NCBI GenBank assembly: GCA_964523735.1
Contig: CAZFYZ010000001.1
Span: 10,672-74,671 of the forward strand
From: an uncultured bacterium
GTDB taxonomy: Bacteria; Armatimonadota; UBA5829
Direction: 5' to 3'
DNA: 64,000 bases
Shown here: positions 13,201-21,181 of the stretch, piece after piece
Position numbering within the stretch: position 1 is the first letter of the stretch
Layout: the number at the start of each line of letters is the position of its first letter
Position numbers and translations under genes: made by a program
The notes under the pieces: model-generated
What the model saw: the letters and a program-made list of their open reading frames with translations, nothing else
The model's database searches: none
What the model was told of the DNA's origin: nothing

Positions 13201-15663
13201 ATGACCTCCCACAAAACCGTAGCCCGCGCGGCGGGGCTGATGATGGTGGCGATACTCGCCAGCAGGCTCCTCGGCCTTATCCGCGATATGCTCATCGCCA
13301 GCCAGTTCGGTTTGACCGGACTGGTAAGCGCCTACACCGTTTCGTTCAACCTGCCCGATTTGCTCTACTTCTTCCTCTCGAGCGGAGCGCTGTCGGGCGC
13401 CTTTATCCCGGTCTTCACCGAGCGATATCAGACCGACCGCAAGCGCGAGGCGTGGGAGATATTCTCGATCATCGCCTGCTTCATGGGCCTGGTGCTGATG
13501 ACTGTGATCGTGATCAGCGAGGTCTTCACAGAGCCGCTCGTGCGCTATCTGGCCGCACCGGGCTATGCCGACCCCAAGTATCAGGAGCTCTTCAGGCTGA
13601 TCGTTCACTTGACACGCATCATCCTGCCCTGCCAGTTGTTCTTCTTCCTGGGCGGGCTGATGATGGGCACACTCGAGTCGAGACAGGACTTCAGGGCTCG
13701 AGCGGCGGGGCCGGTAATCTACAACCTGGGGATTATCTTTGGTGTAGTGATCCTCTCCAGGTGGTTCAGCATTGCGGGGCTTGCGTGGGGAGCGATGATT
13801 GGGGCCTTCGCGGGGAACGTGGGCTACACGTTCTACTGCCTCAAGAAGTCGGGCTTCGAGTTCTACCCGAGCCTCAATCTGAGGCATCCTGGAGTCAAGA
13901 AGGTCGGGATGCTTGCGCTACCAGTTATACTCGGCCTGAGCTTGCCGCAGATCGACGTGATCATCAACCGCTGGTTTGCGACCTATGTCTCAGACATTGC
14001 CCCTGCCGCCCTGAATTATGCGAACCGGCTGATGCAGGTCCCGCTAGGGGTTTTTGCGCAAGCTGCCGGAACGGCCATTCTGCCGACGCTATCAGCCTAT
14101 GCGGCCCGAAACGCCATCGACGACCTCCGCAACAGCGTCAGCTTCGGCCTTCGCGCCATTCTTGCTATCAACATACCCGCATCGGTATTTATGGTGGTGA
14201 TGGCCGATCCGATCGTGCGCACCGTCTACATGAGCGGCGAGTTCAGCCCATCGAAAGTGCCCGCGACCTCCATCGCTCTGATCTGCTACTCGGTCGGCAT
14301 CTTCGCCTGGGCGGGGCAGGCTATAGTCGCGCGGGGCTTCTTTGCCATGCAGGACACGATAACCCCGGTCGTGCTTGGAACGGTCGCCACGATCATCTTC
14401 ATCCCGTTGAACTTCATCCTTGCCCGTGTGATGGGTCATGGGGGGCTGGCGCTGGCGACTTCCATCGCCGCGACCATTCATCTCCTTGCGCTGACAGTCT
14501 TCCTTCGGCGGCGTCTGCAAGGGCTTGAGGGAGGCAAGCTTCTTTCCAGCACCGCAAAGATCTTGATCGCTACAGCTGTGATGGGCGCGCTCTGCATTGG
14601 GGTCAGGGTAGGAATGTCCCGGACTCTCGGTACTTGGCAACTTCAGGAGGGTGATGTTCGCGACCCGACAGAGCTTGCGCTGCAGTTGGGCTGGGATCGC
14701 ACTCCACTGACGCACTACCTGGACTCGCAGATGTCCAAAGAGACAAAGGCGAAGCGTGCGAGTGCATTCAGAGCTGCATACCAGTCGTATCGGATCGAAG
14801 CCGAGGTGGAGGACTTCCTGCAGACGATCGTTTGGAGCCGCGACTTCTACGACGATGAGCGATTTGAGGATGTTTCGATCAGCGGTCGTACGCAGGATCT
14901 GGTTCATCAGCGCCCCACGAGAGGCTCTTCCTTGTGGCGCATGAACCGAGGCCTACTTGAGGCCGCCTACCCTCAAGCATTTGTCAGGATCGCCGACGTT
15001 TCCTCGGTTGCGAAGTGGTTGGAGCCTGCGGATCGGGACCATAGAGGATCAGGCGGTGATCGATGGCTGATTCAAGAAGGCGACATAGTGGATCTGGAGT
15101 CCCTCGCGCACGAGCTTGTGAACAAGGAGAATCCGGTCTCAGTGTATCTGCTTTCGGAGATGCCTCACGGCCTCCGAACTGGCCTGAGGAGCTATGTCGC
15201 CGATGCTGACGCCGCGAGGGGCCTGGACACGTCCCTTATGCATGACCTCAACAGGGTTATCCGCACAAGTCGCTTGTACTCGCCGGAGAGGTTTGGTCAG
15301 CCAACTGAAACAGGCACGACACCTGGCGATGTACGGTTGAGCGAGGAACTCCTGGTTCGAGCCAGAGTAACCCGCGGAGGCCAGGCACTACCGGAGATCA
15401 ACCGCCGTCTTCTCGAAGAAGCGTTCCCCGACCAGATCGCCAAGCGACCGATCGACCGTGTCGAAGGAAGAATGGGCTCTCTGATCACTGTCCTTGTGGC
15501 CATGGCGCTGTCCACGGTCGTCTACCTGCCTCTGCTGAAGCTGACGCGGGTGGAGGAAGTGGACGCGATCTGGGGTGGGCTCCGCCGGAAGCTTTCCAGA
15601 AGGCAGCCGATGCCACCGGACACCATTGATCAGCCCGAGACACGACCGGCCGATGAGTCTTGA
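13201..15663 (+). CDS. murJ: Lipid II flippase MurJ (MviN) with an unusual ~300-aa C-terminal extension
   Basis: The N-terminal ~520 aa form a typical MurJ/MOP fold (MTSHKTVARAAGLMMVAILASRLLGLIRDMLIASQFGLTGLVSAYTVSFNLPDLLYFFLSSGALSGAFIPVF...). The extension contains two related ~130-aa segments (LQEGDVRDPTELALQLGWDRTPLTHYL... and IQEGDIVDLESLAHELVNKENPVSVYL...) and a terminal hydrophobic helix (MGSLITVLVAMALSTVVYLPLL). Confidence 0.8.
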   Translation: MTSHKTVARAAGLMMVAILASRLLGLIRDMLIASQFGLTGLVSAYTVSFNLPDLLYFFLSSGALSGAFIPVFTERYQTDRKREAWEIFSIIACFMGLVLMTVIVISEVFTEPLVRYLAAPGYADPKYQELFRLIVHLTRIILPCQLFFFLGGLMMGTLESRQDFRARAAGPVIYNLGIIFGVVILSRWFSIAGLAWGAMIGAFAGNVGYTFYCLKKSGFEFYPSLNLRHPGVKKVGMLALPVILGLSLPQIDVIINRWFATYVSDIAPAALNYANRLMQVPLGVFAQAAGTAILPTLSAYAARNAIDDLRNSVSFGLRAILAINIPASVFMVVMADPIVRTVYMSGEFSPSKVPATSIALICYSVGIFAWAGQAIVARGFFAMQDTITPVVLGTVATIIFIPLNFILARVMGHGGLALATSIAATIHLLALTVFLRRRLQGLEGGKLLSSTAKILIATAVMGALCIGVRVGMSRTLGTWQLQEGDVRDPTELALQLGWDRTPLTHYLDSQMSKETKAKRASAFRAAYQSYRIEAEVEDFLQTIVWSRDFYDDERFEDVSISGRTQDLVHQRPTRGSSLWRMNRGLLEAAYPQAFVRIADVSSVAKWLEPADRDHRGSGGDRWLIQEGDIVDLESLAHELVNKENPVSVYLLSEMPHGLRTGLRSYVADADAARGLDTSLMHDLNRVIRTSRLYSPERFGQPTETGTTPGDVRLSEELLVRARVTRGGQALPEINRRLLEEAFPDQIAKRPIDRVEGRMGSLITVLVAMALSTVVYLPLLKLTRVEEVDAIWGGLRRKLSRRQPMPPDTIDQPETRPADES

Positions 15664-15727
15664 CGCACCGGCCTCTGCCCGCATATTATGGATGAGTAAG
15701 AGGGGAAAATCACGGAGGTCCCACCAA

Positions 15728-16981
15728 ATGACAAGAACGCAGTTCCGTCTCGCGATCCTGCTTGTGATCGCCCTGTCTGTCCTCGTCGCTCCCGCCTACT
15801 CGCAGACATTCGCTCAATGGATGCAGACGGCCGAGCAGGCCAAGGCTCGCGGGGATATGCCGGGCATGGAAAAGGCCATCCTCAAGGCTCACAGAGTGTC
15901 GCGAGGCAACGAAGGCTCGTGGCGCGGGCTTGCCTGGGCGCAGGCTCGGCAGGGAAAGCATGAGGAGTCACTCAAGAGCGCTCGGGAGAACGTGCGGCGC
16001 AACGGCGAGTGCGGCTGGTCGCTGCAGCAGCTTGCGGATTCGCTGATCTCGACCAATGACTACGCAGAGGCCCGCACCGTCCTGGCGAAAGCCGACGCTC
16101 TGCCTCAGAGCCAGATCGGTGGCGCTCAAGGAGCACTGGATTACACGAAGAACCGGCTCAAGGCATACTCCGGTGAGCGCGTCTATTCGCTGAGATGGAA
16201 GGTCCCCGCGAACGCGTTTGGCGGCAAGACATTCGAGCTGCTTATGCCCGCGATGAACACCCCGCGCCAGACGTGCACCTACACCGTGAGCGGCGCGCAG
16301 TCTTACGAACCCATCAAGGACGGCTACAGAGACCTGGTAAGGATCACTCAGCAGCCGGGTGAGCCCTGCTGGATCAACGCCACGCTCACACTCAAGGGGT
16401 TTGGAATCGGACGGAAGAAGCTTGCCGAGCTGACCTCGCAGGACTACCCCGCCGAGGCAAAGGGCTGCCTGGGCCCGTTCTATCACGGCCCATACTTCGA
16501 CCCCGCCATCCCCGAGTGCCAGGAAGCCGCGCAGAGACTGAAAGGCGCGACGCCTTATGAGACCGTGCAGAACATCCTCAACTGGATGGGCGACAACTTC
16601 ACCTATGATGGCAATGCGCAACCTGACGGCCTCAAGGGATTCCTGATCGGCAAGAAGGGCGTCTGCCACCACTGGTGCAGCGGATTCACAGCACTGTGCC
16701 GCGCGGCTGGCGTGCCTGCAGTCGTTGCGCACGGCGTTGCTCTGCCGGGTGAGAAGCGATTCAAGGAGGCCGAGGGAAGCCACGGTTGGGCCGAGGTCTA
16801 CTTCGTCGGAGCCGGCTGGGTTCCTGTTGATCCGCTTGGGCGTGAGACGCTGGCTATGTTCGGCGGCAAGAGCTACATGACCACCGACTGCGCCAACTTT
16901 ACTGAGAACGACGACCACTTCAAGTACAACTCGATCCAAGGCATACGCTACAGCGGTCGCATCGTAAGCGACACGCCGTAG
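15728..16981 (+). CDS. Secreted transglutaminase-like cysteine protease family protein with N-terminal TPR-like region
   Basis: The ORF track gives 15575..16981. The likely start is the Met at 15728 (MTRTQFRLAILLVIALSVLVAPAYSQ, a signal peptide) preceded by GGAGG. The transglutaminase-core motifs are GVCHHWCSGFTALCRAAGVPAVV and SHGWAEVYFVGAGWVPVDP (Cys-His-Asp triad context). Confidence 0.7.
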   Translation: MTRTQFRLAILLVIALSVLVAPAYSQTFAQWMQTAEQAKARGDMPGMEKAILKAHRVSRGNEGSWRGLAWAQARQGKHEESLKSARENVRRNGECGWSLQQLADSLISTNDYAEARTVLAKADALPQSQIGGAQGALDYTKNRLKAYSGERVYSLRWKVPANAFGGKTFELLMPAMNTPRQTCTYTVSGAQSYEPIKDGYRDLVRITQQPGEPCWINATLTLKGFGIGRKKLAELTSQDYPAEAKGCLGPFYHGPYFDPAIPECQEAAQRLKGATPYETVQNILNWMGDNFTYDGNAQPDGLKGFLIGKKGVCHHWCSGFTALCRAAGVPAVVAHGVALPGEKRFKEAEGSHGWAEVYFVGAGWVPVDPLGRETLAMFGGKSYMTTDCANFTENDDHFKYNSIQGIRYSGRIVSDTP

Positions 16982-17325
16982 TCTTGGAGTGCGATAAATC
17001 GCCACTTTCGTGGGCCGCGCCAGGTTTATGTGTGCGCGGCCCTTGCTCTGCCGGGCGCACGATGGCGGCATCGGTTGTCTGCGCGCTGATCGTGGTTCCC
17101 ACGAATTCTCTCTTTTCACTGCCGGAGAAGCTCTCGATGATTGACTCGGCACAACCGAAGAAGTGGGCATGCCATAGATAAGCCCCGGGTGTACAGCAAT
17201 GCGCCCATTCTGCCCAGTGGCCTGAATGCCGGATATGGGCATGTGCCATCCGTCAGGAACACCCCCCATGTACTGTGGCATGACCAGCCTCTTACGGCAT
17301 GCAAAGATGGGCATGCCATAATAAA

Positions 17326-17344
17326 CCCTATATATAATATAGGG
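17326..17344 (-). terminator. AT-rich perfect hairpin CCCTATAT-ata-ATATAGGG followed (minus strand) by TTTATTAT; candidate intrinsic terminator of the DGQHR-HEPN operon
   Basis: Read directly from the sequence. It lies about 85 nt downstream of the HEPN gene's stop on the minus strand. The local AT-rich island is conspicuous in a ~63% GC context. Confidence 0.5.
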
Positions 17345-17427
17345 TGCCCACTTGACACAGTGTACGTGAGAGTGGGCAGGTGGTTAGGGCGAGAGGGTTG
17401 CTGGAGGGAATCGCAGAGCGAGCGGAG

Positions 17428-17985
17428 TCAGAAGTCGAGGGTTGAATCAAGCTTTCGGCCAGCGGGGGGATAGCCGGCTCTGTACACAGCCCGGTATAGA
17501 GCTGAGATGGCGTCGACCACTGCACCGAGGCATCTCTCGACATCCGCGATTGAGACCGACTGATCTTCCCTCGCATGCGTAAGCGCGTTCCGCAGGTGCA
17601 GTCCTGCTTTGAGGTCAGACCACCAACCTGCGTCCTTGTCTACAGGCTTGCCAGAGTACTTGCGCACCAAGAACTCAAGCCTGTCCTCAAGCCTACGCAT
17701 CTGCAGCTTGTTTGTGAGTACGAACCTCCCCTGCTGCAGTGCGAGCTCCCTCTCAGTCAGCAACGATTGCTCGGTTTTGTCCAGGTGACCATCCGTCACG
17801 AAATCGTCGGCAACTGCGTTAACATGGGCCTCAAGTGCACAGCAGGCCTGCAGCAGGGCGGCGTGAAGGTAGGCAAGGCGACCGTCCGCCGTCGTCTCGG
17901 CCTTGGCCTTCTCAAGGAACCGTTTGGCCTCCTCAAGGAGCAGACGTGCGAAGTCGTCAAGCGTCTTCATCGTAACGGTCGACAT
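17428..17985 (-). CDS. HEPN-motif protein (predicted RNase-type effector), 185 aa
   Basis: The protein is all-alpha by composition. An Rx4-6H motif (LRNALTHARE; R-N-A-L-T-H) lies in the C-terminal third, as in HEPN domains. Its start overlaps the 3' end of the upstream DGQHR gene by 29 nt, so the two are translationally coupled. I assign the HEPN fold from the motif alone, with moderate confidence. Confidence 0.5.
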   Translation of the reverse strand: MSTVTMKTLDDFARLLLEEAKRFLEKAKAETTADGRLAYLHAALLQACCALEAHVNAVADDFVTDGHLDKTEQSLLTERELALQQGRFVLTNKLQMRRLEDRLEFLVRKYSGKPVDKDAGWWSDLKAGLHLRNALTHAREDQSVSIADVERCLGAVVDAISALYRAVYRAGYPPAGRKLDSTLDF

Positions 17986-19240
17986 TCTGGGACTTAAGCA
18001 CCTCCAGGTTCGCCTGCTTTGCGTGGTACTTCTTTATGGCCAGATCTATGAGTCCCTTAGTTATGCCTTCGCCACCTTCGGCCTGCAAGTAGAAGAGTTC
18101 AACGAGACGGCCGCGCTCCTTCGCATCCGTTCTGTACCCAAGCCCTCTGTAGTTGTCCTGATCCGTCTTGTGCCTGCCCTTTGCCAGAGCAGCCGCATTG
18201 AGCGGATCGCGAGGCCCCTTGTTGGCAAGGCCGAAATGCCGCTCCAGGCGTTTGGAATTGGAGTGGAGGACTCCGGCGACATAGGCCCACGCCGAAAGAA
18301 CCGCATAGTTGAGTGCTTTGTGAGCCGAGTCACTGTTGGGCCCCTCTTTCCCTTTTCCGAGGCTGAATGCCGCTCGCTGGACCTGCACAAGCCTAGCGAA
18401 CTCACCCCCGGCCCTCTGTAGACGCGGATCTGTCCACAAGCGAGGCTTGTTGCGCTTGAGTTCCTCCCACTCGACTGCCTCTGTGCCTGAGCTGCAGATT
18501 GATGGAGTGGTTTCTGTGCGATCGAAGTCTCTAGCCGCTATATTGACGCCGCTGTAGTAGTTGAGGATAAATGTACGTGCGGCACGCACGGTGACAGGGT
18601 CTCCGCGCTGGCGCTTATCAGCGAAGTCCTGACCGTGCTGGAGTAGCCCAACCTCCTGGCACCATTGCCGAAGTTCAGGGCCGAAAACTGTCTCCTGCAT
18701 CCTGTCGTAGAGGTCGGGGGAGACCGCTATATTCGTGTTTGATATAAGCTGCACGTCAAGCCTTTGCTCCGTGTCTAGGTCGAAGTACACTTTTATCCCG
18801 TGGAGCTCGTCAACGTGTTCTCTTACCGCAAGCTTGATCGCTTCAAACCTGTGCTGGCCACCGATTACCTTCAGCGGACGCTCGGAGTTGTAGTCAAGTA
18901 CGAATTCACACACGATATTGCTGAACGTTCTCCCCGCCGCTGCATCCTTCTTCATGGCCTTGAATGCAGAATGGTCGAGCAGTATTTCCCGGTTGGCTCT
19001 GTACTCCAGCTGTTCCTCGGGGTCGAGCGGCACGTCGGTCGTGGCGGAGGCGATCAGCTTACTGCCGAAGACGTGGCACTCGACATAAACGGCTTTGGTG
19101 CAGGAGTCAGTCAGTAGATGCAAACGCTCACGCTCTATCGGCTCAAACTGGGCCACGAACTGCTCGATAAGGGGACGCAGTTTGGCAACGCGTTCTTCGG
19201 ACAGAGGCGTAGCAGCAACGAAGTCAGAGAGAGCACCCAT
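17957..19240 (-). CDS. ParB/Srx-fold DGQHR-type domain protein (DndB / DUF262-like), 427 aa
   Basis: The ORF track gives 17957..19273 with a GTG start. The likely start is the ATG at 19240 (MGALSDFVAATPLSEERVAKL...) with AGGAGG 8 nt upstream. The motif KVIGGQHRFEAIKLAV matches the DGQHR (DndB) / DGQQR (DUF262, GmrSD N-domain) signature of the ParB/sulfiredoxin superfamily. The C-terminal ~250 aa are unassigned. Confidence 0.6.
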   Translation of the reverse strand: MGALSDFVAATPLSEERVAKLRPLIEQFVAQFEPIERERLHLLTDSCTKAVYVECHVFGSKLIASATTDVPLDPEEQLEYRANREILLDHSAFKAMKKDAAAGRTFSNIVCEFVLDYNSERPLKVIGGQHRFEAIKLAVREHVDELHGIKVYFDLDTEQRLDVQLISNTNIAVSPDLYDRMQETVFGPELRQWCQEVGLLQHGQDFADKRQRGDPVTVRAARTFILNYYSGVNIAARDFDRTETTPSICSSGTEAVEWEELKRNKPRLWTDPRLQRAGGEFARLVQVQRAAFSLGKGKEGPNSDSAHKALNYAVLSAWAYVAGVLHSNSKRLERHFGLANKGPRDPLNAAALAKGRHKTDQDNYRGLGYRTDAKERGRLVELFYLQAEGGEGITKGLIDLAIKKYHAKQANLEVLKSQNVDRYDEDA

Positions 19241-19457
19241 ACCGAAGACCTCCTGTGAACGACAGCCGGACACTCAGTCCAACAGCAGAGATTATACGCG
19301 ACGCACTTACCACCGGTCAAATCGCTCACCATCATGGCCAGACCGGGCACTCCCTCCGAACCCCCTCCCCTTCATTGTGGCATGGCGCACGGCCGGTCGA
19401 CCGCTGTAGTGACATTCAGAGAAGGGGCGAGGTCTCCGGCTACGATGCCGAAGCAAT

Positions 19458-20651
19458 CTATCCGCGCGTGGCGGCGTATCTCGCACGCGTGCGGCGGCTG
19501 ACCCAGCTTCGGGCTGTGAGCGGGGGTAGGGCGTGGCGGCGGTGGATGGGGTCTGTCTCAAGTTCAGGCTCCACTGGCTGGCCTCTGAATCGACGCGACG
19601 AGTCCTGGTTGGATGCCCGGGCAAACGGGCGCATTACAGTCACGATCAGCAGGTATCCTGCCAGGAGGATCGCAGCGAAGGCGAGGTTTGAGGAGAAGCC
19701 ATCATCAGCGTCAGGCAGCGGAGCCAGATAAGCAGCGACGTACGACGGGCAGAACTTCGTTACCCCAGGAGACAGGAGAGCGCACTGACTGTCATCGGAT
19801 GACACGGCCTGGGATATCGAGAGTATCGCGGCTTCGTAGGCACGGTCCTTCGACGTGTAGGGTACGTTGCAGGGAGTCTCCAGCAGGAATGCGGCGTGAC
19901 CAAGGGTCGTGTACCTGCGGTGGAACAGCCTCGGGTTTCCATCAGGCCTGCACTTGTGCGCCAGAAGCCCCGATCGGCTCTCGACCTTCTTCGCCAGCAG
20001 CATCATCGCATGAGCCCGACTGTCCGAGATGGTTGGCGCGACCTCGATCTCATTGCCCGCGGTGTTGGTGGGGCCGGTCCATTCGTGGGCATCGATCAGC
20101 ACGTGAGGCCTCCATGTCCGAATCGTCCGATCGACGAAGACGGCTTCCGGAGCCTTCAGAGTCGCCCAATCCCGGTTGATATCGATCCCCTGCGCGTTTA
20201 GCCGCTGCTTTTCGGCAAACCCGTCGGGGTTGGCCACCGGTACGACAATGAACACACACTTCTTCAGCAGCTCAGGCTCCGATCCCGACGCGAGCTTTCC
20301 GCACAGCGACAGCACCGACTCAACCGGATTGCCCTCATCTCCGTGCTGCCCGGCCACGATCATAACTCGGGTCTTTCCCTCGGATCCGATCGACAGGTCG
20401 GAGATCACAAACGCTGGTATCGCCCGACCCTCGCCCGATTTGCCAAAGGCGACCAGACGGGCATTTGCAGAGTCGGACAGCGCCCGCACGCGAAGCATGG
20501 CCGCATCGTAGGGGTTAGGGGTTGGGGGGTGGGAGTTGGGGGACGCGTGGCTAGCGGCGCGAGCCAATGCCAGGAGTTGCAGCGAGGATAGAATGAGCAC
20601 GAGGGCCTTCCCTAGCCCCCAAGACCCAGCTCCTAACCCCTTCTGCTTCAT
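19458..20651 (-). CDS. Secreted zinc carboxypeptidase, peptidase M14 family (succinylglutamate desuccinylase/aspartoacylase-like fold)
   Basis: The ORF track gives 19458..20786. The likely start is the ATG at 20651 (MKQKGLGAGSWGLGKALVLILSSLQLLALARAA, a signal peptide), which overlaps the TGA of the upstream flagellar ORF (ATGA). The M14 motifs are VMIVAGQHGDEGNPVE (HxxE zinc ligands) and HVLIDAHEW. Confidence 0.7.
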   Translation of the reverse strand: MKQKGLGAGSWGLGKALVLILSSLQLLALARAASHASPNSHPPTPNPYDAAMLRVRALSDSANARLVAFGKSGEGRAIPAFVISDLSIGSEGKTRVMIVAGQHGDEGNPVESVLSLCGKLASGSEPELLKKCVFIVVPVANPDGFAEKQRLNAQGIDINRDWATLKAPEAVFVDRTIRTWRPHVLIDAHEWTGPTNTAGNEIEVAPTISDSRAHAMMLLAKKVESRSGLLAHKCRPDGNPRLFHRRYTTLGHAAFLLETPCNVPYTSKDRAYEAAILSISQAVSSDDSQCALLSPGVTKFCPSYVAAYLAPLPDADDGFSSNLAFAAILLAGYLLIVTVMRPFARASNQDSSRRFRGQPVEPELETDPIHRRHALPPLTARSWVSRRTRARYAATRG

Positions 20652-21181
20652 CTCTGCCGGTCCAGGAACATAGGGGCGTCGTGGGAGCACGCGGGGCCGT
20701 AGGCAGCGTCGAGCCTGCGTCGCTGGCCTGACTCGCGGATCGCCTTTGAGATCGACTCCAGCCGGGTCTTCATGATACTTTCGCACTGCGCCTGACAGGC
20801 AAGAATCCTGTCACCCAGAGCCTGTGCATCGCCGTCAAGCGCGGCGGCAGACCGGGCGAGTACCCCGGCCTCATCACTCTGGCCGGCAAGGGCGTCGAGT
20901 GTCTCAGTCGGGACTGCGGCGCTGACGGAGGCTAGCTGCCTGCACTCGCTCTCTCTTTCCTCAATGAGGCGGCTCACGTCTGCCGTAGGATCAGCGGCAA
21001 GCGTCGAAAGCAATCGCTCGCTGACGCCTGATATCCTGCCCAGAGCGGCGTTGCGATCTTTCAGCAGCGAGGTGTAAGCCCTGAGGGAATCGACTACCTG
21101 TTGCTTTGGCTCGCCAAATGTGCTCAAGCCGCGGCCTCCATCTGTATCTCCTGCTGGATCATCTGATCTGCCTCCGCCCAC
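20648..21181 (-). CDS. Hypothetical protein in FliT position (putative flagellar export chaperone-like); start uncertain
   Basis: It lies immediately downstream of fliS in the fliD-fliS operon, the position FliT occupies in many bacteria. The predicted protein is helical, acidic and Leu/Ala-rich. The ORF as given overlaps fliS by 57 nt, so the true start is probably internal (possibly GTG or TTG). Confidence 0.4.
   Translation of the reverse strand: MGGGRSDDPAGDTDGGRGLSTFGEPKQQVVDSLRAYTSLLKDRNAALGRISGVSERLLSTLAADPTADVSRLIEERESECRQLASVSAAVPTETLDALAGQSDEAGVLARSAAALDGDAQALGDRILACQAQCESIMKTRLESISKAIRESGQRRRLDAAYGPACSHDAPMFLDRQR

Noticed and set aside
13452-14528. 358-aa plus-strand alternative-frame ORF inside murJ, and the 14092..14907 minus-strand ORF
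   Set aside because: They are out-of-frame or antisense to a canonical MurJ translation. Both are Arg/Pro/Gly-rich, as expected for off-frame reading of GC-rich membrane-protein codons.
15968-17314. 448-aa minus-strand ORF covering the transglutaminase-like gene region
   Set aside because: It is antisense to a gene with a signal peptide and a clear transglutaminase core. It extends into the structured intergenic region. It shows no recognisable domain, so I regard it as a GC-frame artefact.
17116-17473. Small ORFs (80 aa minus, 110 aa plus) inside the 17141-17430 repeat-rich intergenic region
   Set aside because: Their Met codons derive from the repeated GGGCATGCCAT motif itself. They have no RBS, and the region is better explained as a non-coding structured element.
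20648-21181. Considered calling this ORF FliT outright
   Set aside because: It is 177 aa, against about 100-120 aa for FliT. The start as given overlaps fliS by 57 nt. The call rests on position only, so I kept it as a low-confidence FliT-like hypothetical.
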